64,000 bases of DNA from Amoebidium appalachense (lineage: Eukaryota > Protista > Ichthyosporea): positions 7,166,028 to 7,230,027 of the forward strand of contig CAVNZM010000014.1 in NCBI GenBank assembly GCA_963693365.1, read 5' to 3'. Both the position numbers and the translations under genes were made by a program. This document shows positions 13,867-33,341 of this stretch, piece after piece. The first letter of the stretch is position 1. Each line of letters starts with the position of its first letter. The notes under the pieces were generated by a model, which saw only the letters and a program-made list of their open reading frames with translations, was not told where the DNA came from and searched no databases.

Positions 13867-14053
13867 ACCCACCCCCCACGGATGGTGCCAGGAAAAAAAC
13901 AAGCACACGCACAAACACACACACACACTCATTCACTCACACACAATCTACACACACATACACACACCTGGTCCCTTCTCCCAACCACTTAGGCAGTCAC
14001 CTCGCCTAACCACCCAGGCATTTTTGACTATTCACAGGCATTATCCCGCATTA

Positions 14054-14087
<34 letters not shown>

Positions 14088-14443
14088 CGCCCCAACTTTC
14101 TCCCTCTGAGTCCTCACGCCCCCTTCTGCCCCCCAGAGATTGCCGCCATGCTGTGACTCAATGCTACGGCAAATTCTCCCAGGCGTTGCAAACACCATGC
14201 AGCAAGTATGTGCCCTTCCCCCCCCCCCCCCCCCCCCCCTTCCCCCCATCCTCGCCTCCTCCCCTTCCTCCCCCTCCCCCCTCCCACCCTCCCCCTGGGG
14301 CACACAGATACACTAATCAACCCACTCACCCATCCTTAATCCCCCCACTCGTTTCGCCCCCACCCCCCACCCTACACAAACCCATCCCCTCCGTGCTCTA
14401 GCTTTTACACCCTACACCTGTACCGCCATGTGGTTTATCATGT

Positions 14444-14496
<53 letters not shown>

Positions 14497-15406
14497 CGGC
14501 CCCCCCCCCCCACCACCACCACCACCAACCTTTTTGCTGTTGCCTAAGTGCGAATACTTTTTTTACTCCAGATTAAAACTTCTGTGCAAGTATGAACCGC
14601 TCATTGGAAAGAGAGGTAGAAGCAAGAGAAGTGGCGACAAGGCGAGACTGATGACTGATATGGGATGACTGATGTGGGGTTTAAGTGATCGTGTTTGAGA
14701 GCTAGGCATGGAAGAGAATGTGTTAGGGAAAGGGTAGAGGGGGAGAGGGGAGGGGGGGGGGGGGGGGGTCCCTCTTGTTCGATTGCCATAAGCCTGTCGT
14801 GTATATTTATTCGTGTAGAACAGGAGGGGGGGGGGGGGGGGGGGGGGCTGGGGGCAGAGAGAGTCGATTAAGCCTGTACAAACACACACGGCCACAAAGT
14901 CGGACACATGCAGGAACACGAACCTTGCAAAAACACACACATGAACACACAGGCACACCAACAACACACATTTGCTGTCCTTCACTGCCACTATCCCCAC
15001 TGCCACTATCCCCAGCAGCCACTAACACCATCCCCCCACCCACCCACAACCAGGACTCCTACTCATCAAAGCTGAACCACCAGCAACCACTAGCCAGCCA
15101 CTGCAACGTTTAAACACACCATGCTGTGGATGATGGGACAAAAGGTGTGGCAAACACTTGACATTGTGCACATGACGGAGAACCAGTGAGAAGGTGGGAG
15201 AGAGGTGGGTGCCAGGTGGGTGTGGGTGCATGTACCGTGACACGTGTGTGTGGTGCCATTCATGTGTGTGTACCGTGACATGCCATTCCTGTGCGTGTAC
15301 CGCCATTCCTGTGCGTGTACCGTGACATGTGTGTGTGTATGTGTATGTGTGTGTGTGTGTGAAGAGGGAAGTGGTGTAGGGTGGCGGCGGTGGTGGTGGT
15401 TGTGGT

Positions 15407-15452
<46 letters not shown>

Positions 15453-16238
15453 CTATCATGCGTGGGCTAGTGCATGATTTTGTGATAGCCGGGGAAGAAG
15501 GTCGATTCAGATAGCACTAGTTTGACGGTTGGTGTATGTGTACCGATTTACATGTTTTAGAGATGGGTTGGGGTGGGTTCGTGTGCATAGGTCCTTGTGT
15601 GTAGGTGTGTTTAGAAGGAACGGGGGCATGGGATGTGAAAGAATGCAAGGGTACCAGAGAGGAAGAAGGTCTAACCGATAGGATTGGTCGAAACAGATAT
15701 GCAACTGTGCAACTGCAGAGTCAGCTCCCATACCCGAATCGTGACGATCCATGTCTATTTTTGACTGACAACAGAGCAATGTACGTGTGTGTGTGTGTGT
15801 GCTGGGTGTGTGGGTGTGTGCGGGCGGGCGGGCACGGGGGGAGGGGTGGGCAGGAGGGAGCGGCTGGTGTGTGTGGGTGTGTACCCCAACATGTGCATGT
15901 GTGCGGTAGTGGTGTTGGGGGAGCGAGAGAGGGGAGGGGGGAGGGAGGGGGGGGGGGGGGTAAGAATGGAGACTAAGAATGAAGCATGCAAGGGCAGTGG
16001 TCAGTGACAGGAAAAAGGAAGAGTAGGGGGGGGGGGGGGGGGGGAGGGAGGGGGAGGATGTGATTGTCTCCTTACAAAAACGAAAACACGAAAGAGCACA
16101 CACGCACACACACGCATGCATGCGCGCACATACCATGCACTTTCGTCCATTGAGCGCAGTTGAGCGCAGCATTTGCACGTCTCTTGCACACTATTGGTGT
16201 TGCTTCCTCTCTTTTTGAACCAACCTTCACACACACAT

Positions 16239-16277
<39 letters not shown>

Positions 16278-16375
16278 CACGCACACACACACGCACACAC
16301 ACGCACACACACGCACACACACGCACACACAAGTGCCATTTGCTTTAACCTTGACACTGCTAATGTCATGTCCTA

Positions 16376-16413
<38 letters not shown>

Positions 16414-17269
16414 ACACACACACACACACCTCTACACACCTCTCCCCCCGCCACCGATCGATTTGTGCATGGACAAGTACAAGCAACTGTCATCTTGCAA
16501 CTGTCATCTTGAGTGCACGTGTTACGGAAATGTTTTTGCTCTAAAAACAATACATGTTTGCCCTAAAAACTGCTCTAAAAACCATACGTGTTTTGCCCGA
16601 AAAACATTACGTGCCCAGGATAACTGTATTGCTCGACTAGATGTCACCACACCACGAAGACACATGTGTGCGTGCACCTCTATTCGTTGAGCACAGTGCC
16701 ATGGTGCAGTGCAAAGATGCCCTCATGTTAATGGATGTAGTAGCTCATTCTCTCACGTGCTCTCTCTCTGTCTGTGTGCGCGTGTGTGCGTGTATGCCCG
16801 TGTGAATGTGTCCCCTCACCTCTTTTCTCTCTCTTGTGCCCTCCATCCCTATCTCTGACGTGGTTGGTCTTGCTACCACTCAATCCTCACCCTCCCCCCC
16901 CCCCCCCCCCCCCCCCTGGTAAACCCCTCCTTCCCTCCTAACGCCTATACACACACAAGCACACACGCACTGATCCACCAACCCCTTCCTGCAAACAGAC
17001 CTACCATTTCTGGACTGCATCCCCATTTCCGCGGAGAACACCCGCCCGAGAACAACAGAGGTGCACACTTGAGACACACACGCACCAAAGCGCACGCGCA
17101 CACATACACACACAAACACACACATACACACATGCATGCACACGCACACACAGGTACAGGTAGCATGGGCATTTATTTGTTGTTGTTCCCTTGCTGGGCC
17201 GAGGCTGATTGCTGCCTTCTTTCTTTAGGCCTCATATCCATCTCCCCCTTTAGCTGCTGGTGGGTTACC

Positions 17270-18228
17270 ATCCTTCCCCCCCCCTCCCACCCCCTCCCAC
17301 CCCTTCTTCTCCTCTCCCCCCCGGCATTCCCCTTCCCCCACTCCCTTTCTCACCTCCCCCTTCTGCCAATATCTCCCCTCCCCCCCCCCCCTTGTCTCCC
17401 CTGTCCCCCCGGTTTCCTCCTTGCGCCCCCTTTCAACCTCTCCTCTTCTGGCCCCATCCCCCCCCCCCCCCCCCCCTGTGGATGACGTGGGCCCCCCCTG
17501 AGGATGGGCTCTGCTTATTATGCATACTCTTTATGTATGGCTTGCATTCTGCATCGTGTTATCCGTTTGTTCTTGTGTACTTCGTACTTTTTGACGCATT
17601 CAAAACCCCCCCCCACACACACACACACACCAGCGCCACCACCCACCCCACATTTCCCCTCCCTCCCCCCTCCCACCCACCCCCCCCCCCCCCCCCCCCG
17701 TTTTCCCTCTTTCTCCAACTTTCCATCTTCCCCCTGCTGCCCCCCTCCCTCCCCCCTCCCCCCCCCCCCCTCTTTTACCCCCGGCTTCCCCTTTTTCTAC
17801 TCCACCCCACCTCCCCACTTCTTCCCATATCCCCCCCCCCCCCCCCCCCTCCCCCCCCCCCCAACCCCCTCTTCCCCCCCCCCCCCCCCCCACCCCCCTC
17901 CCCTCCCCCCCCGACTTTCTTTCCCCTTTCCCCCCTTCCCACCTCCCCGCTCCGCGCATATCCTGCCCCCCTCCCTCCCTCCCCCCCCCCCCCCCCCCCT
18001 CTCCCCTTCTCTTCACCTCCTTTCCCCCCCGGCTTCCACCTTCCCCCCTCCCCCTCCCCCCCCCCCCCCCCTCTTGCCCTCCCTCCCCCCTTCTGCCCAT
18101 ATCCCTCCAAGTCCTTTCCCCCTCTTCCCCGCGGCTTCCCCCTTCCCCTCCCTCCTTCACTACCTCCCCCCTCTTCCTCCCCTCCCCCTCCCCATCCCCC
18201 CCCACGGTCTGCCCATATCCTGCCTCAG

Positions 18229-18270
<42 letters not shown>

Positions 18271-18290
18271 ACCACCACCACCACCACACA
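17270..18290 (+). repeat. C-rich degenerate minisatellite
   Basis: Poly-C matrix with recurring ccatatcc and cggcttccc motifs. Also at ~44226-45240. Confidence 0.75.
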
Positions 18291-18897
18291 CAACGATGCA
18301 CACATTGAGATAATGGGTGCACTGAGTGCATCCTTTGGGTGGGGTCACACTGCCATGCTCCCGATAATCCATCCATGTCAGTCATGTCAGTGCTTTGCTT
18401 TTGTTCGTTGTAAGTGCAGCCACCAACATAAAAGAAACGAATGACTGCTGAGCACAGGGAAGAAAAGAAAAGAAGACCCAAGTACCCGGCACACAAAAAG
18501 ATGGAAGTATACCCGAAGAAAACCCTTGAAGTTTTCTGAGGAAGTCGTTCCCAGGTGAAGCCTTGTAGATGACGAAGCCTTGTAGATGACTGTATTTGAA
18601 GAGTATTTAACATATCGTGGACTGTGCCACCAGACTGGTCTGATGAGCTGGTAAGTGCAATAAAAACGTGCAAAAACTACGCAACAAAGATACTAAACAA
18701 TCGTGTTCAGTGTGACAAAATGAAGATTTGAATAGTCAAAGGATCAGAGTAAAGGTTCTCACGGTTTCTATAAACAATTGAGATCTAAAAACAAATGAAA
18801 AAGTAAGTCTTAGAGGCAACAGTCTTAGGTTTTAGGGACTTAGCTCTGTCGTAATGCCCAGATATAATCGAACAAAATTCATTATGAAATTTCGGGG

Positions 18898-19596
18898 TTC
18901 CCGACTTTGCCTGGGGCGGAGCGGGAAAAAAAAATTGCAGTAATGAAGTCATTTTGAGTGTACTTCCCAACTTTGCCTGGGGCGAAGCCGGGCTTAAAAA
19001 AGGAACGGCAAAATTAATGATCTGTCCTGAGTGAAACTGAGTGATCCTACTTCCCGACTTTGCCTGGGGCGAAGTCGGGCTAAAAAAAAAAAATCCCCAC
19101 CGGCCATGTCACAGTGATGTGAGCGAGGTTCGGTACTTCCCGGCTTTGCCTGGGGCGAAGTCGGGCATTAAAAAAAAGAGCAGCAATGTCAAATCCGAGT
19201 GAATCCGAGTGATCCTACTTCCCGACTTTGCCTAGGGTGAAGTCGGGCGCGGTAAGGTAATGTTGTAATGTAATGTCAATTTTGAGTGATCCTACTTCCC
19301 GACTTTGCCTGGGGCGAAGTCGGGCGACTTTAAAACCCTGGGGCGAAGTCGGGCTAAAAAAAAAATTCCCCACCGGCCATGTCACAGTGATGTGAGCGAG
19401 GTTCGGTACTTCCCAACTTTGCCTGGGGCGAAGTCGGGCATTAAAAAAAAGAGCAGCAATGTCAATCCGAAGTGAATCCGAGTGATCCTACTTCCCGACT
19501 TTGCCTACATGTAGGGTGAAGTCGGGCTTTAGAAAAAAGAGCGGCCGACCTGAGGGAGGTTCGGTACTTCCTGACCTTGCCTGGGCCGGCGAAGTC
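18898..19596 (+). repeat. Array of ~33-bp hairpin repeats (TACTTCCCGACTTTGCCTGGGGCGAAGTCGGGC) with 35-54-bp spacers, copy 1
   Basis: Nine copies at ~18898, 18961, 19048, 19134, 19216, 19293, 19407, 19489 and 19565, plus a half copy at 19337. The 12-bp stem is CCCGACTTTGCC/GGCGAAGTCGGG with one G-T pair and a 3-nt loop. Confidence 0.93.
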
Positions 19597-20188
19597 TAAA
19601 AAAAAAAAAAAAAAAATGGGAATGGGAGATATGGATAGAGATGATGTGCTGCTTTCATAACAAACATCATATGTAGAGGTGTTTCTTTTTGTGTTTTCAC
19701 GCTGTTCCATTTGGTTTGCCCCCTCCTTTTTTTCCCCACAGCCTTTACCCTGTGTATTCACTCAGGCTAGTATTTGCATAATGATTGGAATCGACCACGC
19801 TGATGAATCAATTGCAAGGTTCCCAATTTTGCCCGGCGCGAAGTCGGATTCAACCCATTGCTGGTTTAGTCGCTGGCTAAGTCGTAGACTTTTTCTTTTT
19901 CATTCTTGCAAGCAAGCAGGCAGTGATAATAAGCAATAGAACGGAATAATTGCTGGAGTTCTTACTAGGACCTGCGAAAACTTTACTTGCGCCTTATGGA
20001 CATGTTTTTCATACGGATATATGAATTCTGTGGCAAAAGAAACCGGTACTAGTGCAACGAATGCTGGTTTACGCTAACAAATGGAAAATCGAAATGAAAA
20101 GGACTGGCACACTAACGCCCAAGTTGATTGGCAATTTTCAGATCGGCGCGGCTATGTCAATCAAGCTATTAGCACTCCCGCATCTGGT

Positions 20189-20219
20189 GCCCGACTTCGC
20201 CCCAGGCAAAGCCGGGAAG
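20189..20219 (-). repeat. Solo inverted copy of the hairpin repeat
   Basis: gcccgacttcgccccaggcaaagccgggaag is the reverse complement of array copy 4. Also at 47137-47167. Degenerate relatives at ~19820-19847 and ~20441-20480. Confidence 0.9.
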
Positions 20220-21289
20220 GAAAAAAAAAAAACCCCCGCGACCCATTGGCGCCCAGGGCCTGGAGAGAAGAACTACATATATATAAAAAAGACCTGGTTT
20301 TAGCAGGGCATCCTTATATATTTTCAAGGACAAATGAACGCAATAAAAGGGCGGAGGAAGGGACAAAGAAAACGGGGGGGGGGGGGGGGGGGGGGGGGGG
20401 AGGGGGGTGGTGCCTTTTTCCCATTCCCGCTTTCCTTCTAGCCCGACTTTCTAAAGACATAAGAAAAATAGTGGTCGGGCGAACATTGCTCCGATCCCAA
20501 GTAAGTGCCAATGATGAGGTTCTGTACTATTAAGTGTTTGCTCATTAACAACTTAAATGTGTTTTGCTCATTATCAACAGTATTAGGAATACTATTAGGA
20601 ATACAATTGCTCATTCCGAAGCACTGTACAATAAAGGGATGCTTTCAAGCGCAAGATTGCACTAAACTTTGTCATACCGCCTCACAATCAGCAATACCTG
20701 GAATTCGTTATTGCGGTCTGGACTACACAGGCATTTTGGGTCTTCCGCGCGGGCGCCAGGGGGACTGCATTTTGGAATGCCATAATGATTTTTGCACTTT
20801 TCACTGTGTTTTTTACACGCATATTGACTTAAATTGACCACCATATTGCCTTATTTTTTGCTGGTTGCCTGCCGGTTCATTTATGGAGCGCAGCGTTTGA
20901 CTTGGTGGCTTGTGATCGACTGAATTCTGAAGGATTGGCATCGCTGCTTGCAAAGGAATTGCGGCATTATGGATTGCCATTTGAAATCGGATCTGGATTG
21001 CCATCCATCATTGAAATCAATCCGGTTTGAAAATTTCGTGATTGCGCTTCGCTGGCAAACCAGATCAAACCAGCCACGCTTCTGAAGAGAATAAAAGACC
21101 CGCGTTTGAACACTCTTCCTTCACACAGTCTTTTCACTGATCTCCCTCCTCACTTGTCTGTATTTATTTATTTACACGTCCTTCCATTCTGGCCTGTGTA
21201 AAAAACGTGGAGAGAGAGCTCCATTCTTTCATATGGCACAACTCCGTGTTTTTGTAAAGCATAACACCCTCTTCTTTATAGCAGCTGTT

Positions 21290-21408
21290 GGTTACGGCCA
21301 TACCTAGCAGAAAGCACCCCATCTCGTCCGATCTGGGAAGTTAAACTGCTATGGGCGTGGTTAGTACTGCGGTGGGGGACCACGCGGGAATACCACGTGC
21401 TGTAATCT
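21290..21408 (+). rRNA. 5S rRNA: 5S ribosomal RNA gene, copy 1
   Basis: 119 nt, GGTTACGGCCATACC...CTCGTCCGATC...GAAGTTAA...GGTTAGTACT...GGGAATACC...GCTGTAATCT. All five helices pair: I GGTTACGGC/GCTGTAATC; II CCTAGCAG/CTGCTA(T)GG; III CCCA/TGGG; V GCGTGG/CCACGT; IV CTGCG(G)TGG/CCACGCGG. Followed by an oligo-T run. Confidence 0.98.
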
Positions 21409-21411
21409 TTT

Positions 21412-28329
<6,918 letters not shown>

Positions 28330-28330
28330 A

Positions 28331-28376
<46 letters not shown>

Positions 28377-28566
28377 CCTGCGTGCGTGCGTGCGTGCGTG
28401 CGTGCATTCGCGCGTGCGTGCGTGCAGGCGGGCGGGCGGGCGGGCGGGCGGGCGGGCGGGCGGGCGGGCATGCATGCTTGCATGCGTGAGTGCGTGCGTG
28501 CGTGTGTGCGTGCGTGCGTGCATGCGTGCGTGCGTGCGTGCATGTGTGCGTGTGGCCTATTTCTGG

Positions 28567-28599
<33 letters not shown>

Positions 28600-29857
28600 T
28601 GTGTGCGTGGCCATGAAACCGTGTGTGTGTGCGTGTGTACGCAGACAGAGAGAGAGAAAGAGAGAGAGTGTGTGTGTGAGAGAGAGGTTGTGAGGGAGGG
28701 ACAAGGAGATTTCAGGGAGATCGAGGTGTGAAAGAGAGCAATAGAGGAAGAGAGTGTGTGAGCAAGAGAGGGGGGGGGGGGGGGATGGAGTGAGACTGAG
28801 TGAGTGCGAGTGTGAGAGAGAGAGGGGGAGAGGGGGGAAGGGGGAGAGGGGGAGAGGAGAGTGAGAGGGGGGGGCACGAGGGAGAGGCGGAGAAAGAAGG
28901 AGAGAGAGAGAGAGAGAGAGACAGAGGGAGAAGGCGTTGGGAGAGAGAGAGAGAGAGAGAGAGAGAAACAGAAGCATAAGACAGCGAGTGTAGGATAGAT
29001 GCAAGTGTGTGTGTGTGTGTGCCTTTGCGTGTGTTGGCAAACATGTCAATACATGAGTGCGGGGGTTTGTGTGCGTCTGTGTTTGTGTTTCACTGAGAGT
29101 GTGTGTGTGTGTTTAAGACTCTAAATATTGTTTGGCGTGCTTGCTTGCGTGGGTACCACCGTAGGTGGGTGCGTGCATACGTGTGTGAGTGTGTGCATGT
29201 GTTTGTGCGCGTGTGTGCGTGTATGTGTGTGCCCCTGCAACCGTGTGTATGTGTGGGCTTGAAATTCAACTTGTTTGCGGGGATGCATGTACACGGTTGG
29301 TTCACTTTTTTAAAAGTATGTATGATCCTGCTCCGGATGGCTGAATGGATCTGGGTGTTTGTGCACATGTCTCAGGTGTGTCTAAGCAAGAATTTGGTTT
29401 GAGAACCAACCAGAGTGACCCTTTTATGCCCAAGAACCAATCCTGTTGTTCACTTATCCGAATCCCCCCTCCCCCCTCTCCCCCCTCCATCATCACGCCT
29501 GAACTCTCCCTCTTCCCGCCCCCTGCCTCCTGCCCTTTCCAACACTCCTCCCGCTTCATCCCACCCTCCCCAACCATGGGCTCTTGCAAGTGCAGATGTT
29601 TCAAAGTTGTGCCGCTGCACCACTAACCCTCCCCGACACCCATACCCTCTCTCCACTCCCCCTCTCCCCTCCCCTCCCCCCCCCTTCCCCCCGCCCCCCT
29701 ATAGTCACGACTTTTAGCTTTCCATAATTTTTGTTTAATATTTGGGAATGGATGGGTGAGGTGGACGGGGGGAGGGGGAGGGGGGGAGGGGGGGGGAGGG
29801 GGAGGGGGGCTGCTGAGAAGACAACACCTCGCGAGGATGCCTGCTCCTTGCATATTA

Positions 29858-29896
<39 letters not shown>

Positions 29897-30377
29897 TGAC
29901 ACTTATAAGAGTGCCAATATGCACCAAAAACAGACTTTGTATTTTGGAATTTTAACACTTCACACTGATCCAAAGCCCTTATCAACCCTATGTCACTTGA
30001 AATGAAGGCTATTTTTCCCCCCCCTGCTATATTGAGATGTACTGTTTGTTTGTTAGCGACGCCCAAACTTCATTTATTCGTGTGTTTCTTTTAATCTCTG
30101 ATGGATTAAGTTTTTCACCAGATGATATTGGATTCAAGGTTGGAAATACACCAATCATCAAATCCATGTGGTCCCAGAATGAACGTTGACTATAGATATA
30201 GATTGTGTGCTAGCCATTGGATAACAAAGTTAAGTAAATGAATCGATTATATGTGAACATTAACTTTACGTGTCTTCTCGTGGAAAATAGATGTTTGATT
30301 TAGGGAGAACAGAGCCTTGAAGTGTTTGTTACGTGTCCGTTTACTTTAAGGCAGATGTCAAGTAACAGGTAGGGAAG

Positions 30378-30431
<54 letters not shown>

Positions 30432-30797
30432 GAACCTGGAATGACCCGAAGATTTTCTGCTTCTCTGGGTCGAGCACACCTTGACGTTCCGAGATTTTTC
30501 TGCATGGGATTTTGCTGTTATTGCCATACTATATTCAGAATCTAACGAAGTAAATGCCTATGCTCTGTGGCTAGTGGCATTTATGCTTGACTCCAAGTGC
30601 TTCACAGTGAAAGGGGTTTACACACAATCAGGGTAGAGTCATAATGCAAAGTCGCTAAGAGCTGTAGGCTTCGAACCATGTCAAAGCAAACCCATGAATC
30701 AGATGATACAACATCTTCTTTCAGGCTGTTGCCAATAAAGACTTGCTGTTTTTTTGTACTGATGTATGTCATGAGGCCTATGCAAGAGAACACTTAC

Positions 30798-30958
30798 CCT
30801 TTCTGCCGACTTTCAAACATGGTTTGCAAACCAGCGATCTGGTCGATGTGCTTGTTGACCGCCTCGAGCTTCTCTTCGAGGGCCGCGATCTCGCATGTAA
30901 GCTCTTCTTTGTAGTTTTTGGTCTTGTCAAGGTGCTCGATGAAAGCTCTTTCTTCTTT
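30798..30958 (-). CDS. Coiled-coil candidate exon, copy 2
   Basis: Same sequence and splice sites as 3795-3955. Confidence 0.65.
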
Positions 30959-31422
30959 CTGCAACAACATATGTAAATGAAAATTTAGTGGTCCCCTTTA
31001 CTGAATGCACAGAGGATATGAGGTAAGCCCGGGCAAAATGTGTGAGTTTGTGTGTGTGTGTTTGTGGGGCGGGGGGTGGGGGGATGGGGAGGGGGCGGGG
31101 AAGAGGGGGGGGGGGGGGGGGCGCGGGGGTGCGGGAGGCCTGCTCTTTACACTATTTTATCTTCACATCATGTTTTGCTACATGTGCACGGGGTTTATTT
31201 TTTAGGGGAGGGGAAAGGGGCTCTGGGGAGGGGAGGGAAGGGGGAGGGGGGAGGGGGGGGATATAGTGCTTCGTGTTCAATCCCCCCCCCCCCCCCCCCC
31301 CGGGAAGGGGAGGAGGGGCAAAGGGGGAGGGGGGGAGGGGGAGGGGGGAAGCAATATATCTCGAGCACTGACTGTTTCCCTCCCCCCCTCCCTCCCCCTC
31401 CCCCTTCTCCCCCTCTCCCCCC

Positions 31423-31453
<31 letters not shown>

Positions 31454-31704
31454 AAAAAAAAAAAAAAGCCTAAAAAATTGGGTCTGGCCCAACCCGGCAC
31501 CATAAAGAACCCCCAGAAATATATAAGTATAGGTATGAGATCTTTAACATTAGCTGTGACGTACCCTCCCCTCCCCCCTCCATTGTTAAGAAGACCCAAG
31601 GATTGGTCGACGCTCGTGGTAATAAGGCGGCACGGCACGTTTGAACGTGATCCTATAAAAAAAAATGGACTAGTAATAACCGAGTACCAACTTCAAGTGC
31701 AAGT

Positions 31705-31829
<125 letters not shown>

Positions 31830-32149
31830 CGCTCTCTTTCTCTCTCTCTCTCTCTCTCTCTGTGCGTGTATGTACAGTGTGTGTTGTGTCACTGTTTGTG
31901 TGTACATGAGTGTACCCAAACGTGTGTGGTGTGCTTGTTTCGTTCAGAGTGTGCTCGTTGTATGAGGGAGTGAAGTGTGTGTGTGTGCGTGTATGTGTGC
32001 GCGTGTGTGTGCGTGCGTGCCACAGAATGTGTGTATGCTTATTTCTTTTTCCTCTAGCTCTGTCCTGTGTGTATTTGATGGCTTGGGTGTGTGGGAATTT
32101 GGTTATATTACGCGTCTGTGTATGTCCGTGCACGGCGGTGTGTGTGTAT

Positions 32150-32206
<57 letters not shown>

Positions 32207-33233
32207 TGCATGTTGGTGTTTGTGTGCTCTTTGGTGTCGGTGTGTGTGCCTGTGTGTGTGTGTGCGTCTGTGCGTGCGTGTGTTTGTGCTTGTGTGCAAG
32301 CGTGTGTGTGTGTGTGTGTGTGTTGGGTTGGGGGGAGGGGGGGGATGACACGGTGTAACCTGTTATGGTGAAGCCGGGGGGGAGGGGGGGGGGGGTAGAA
32401 TGTGTTGCATGGTACAAGGTACACAACTCACAACGCTGCAGAGGGAGACAGGGGTGGTGTTGGGGGGGGGGGGGGGACCCACGGGGAGGGGGGAGGGGGG
32501 GGAAGGGGGGGGGGGGGGGAAGGGCTGCTTGGCCACTAATTCCCCCATGTTTCAGATAGGGCAAGCTTTTGTCCCTAGCTTTATTGTTCTGAGGAGTGTA
32601 CGTAATTATGCCTGGAACTCGTTCAAATGATCCCGTGTAACCACTAACATAGTCTCGAATGTGGAAGTTACAATGTGTAACATTGTTGGTATTTTTGAAC
32701 GAGCTTCTGGAAGCTGCATTGATCAGTTGGTGCACGTGGCTTCTATTTTCAGTGTCGTCAGAGGGTGATCAACCTAGCAGGGTCTAAAGGGCATAGGGAG
32801 TGCAGGACAAGAACATGCGTGCACATACATGGGGGAAATGTTTTTTTTTTTTTTTTGTACAAAGTTTTATCTCCCCTTGCGCGTTTTTTTCTGACAGCCA
32901 CTTGTTTTTAGTGTCTTTTGGTCTGGTTAAAGATTCTTTTCTATATATGTTCTCTCCCAGTTCCTTGATCTCTGTCATTCTTCCCTTCATATGGCTGCAG
33001 CCGCAACTTACTTCTGCGTTTTTAGGGTTTTTTGAGCTCTGCAGTTATGAGGCAGCAAGAAAAACCAAGAAGCAAAAAACAAACCAAAACTTTGCATTAT
33101 GCTTGCGGTGGATTAAAAAAAAAAACTCTGCGGGAATTACTTGTAAACCAGAACCCAGTCTGCCATAATTCCCAACTCGATGTCAAACCCGTTAAGTTTT
33201 TGTTACAATTGCAGCTTCAAAGTTTAAACTTAC

Positions 33234-33341
33234 CGATTCGCGGTGGTCATGGTCCTGTAGGCCCAGTTTTGCAGCCCAAGCTGCACACTTTTTGCAGCCA
33301 TATTCTGTTTGTGGCCGCCCCATTTCAGATTTTACCGCCAT
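33234..33341 (-). CDS. Candidate first coding exon, copy 2
   Basis: Same as 6235-6342. Confidence 0.5.

Noticed and set aside
18630-18680. CTGATGA suggesting a hammerhead ribozyme or box C
   Set aside because: No GAAA after a stem II and no stem III/UH site. No convincing terminal stem or box D for a snoRNA.
19123-19140. GAGGTTCGGTACTTCC resembling a tRNA T-arm or B box
   Set aside because: Lacks the invariant A58 (GTTCRANNC), and no cloverleaf or A box is present.
18898-19596. Annotation as a true CRISPR array
   Set aside because: Spacers are mutually related and partly duplicated, no cas genes are visible, and the context is eukaryotic. Kept as a repeat and as a finding.
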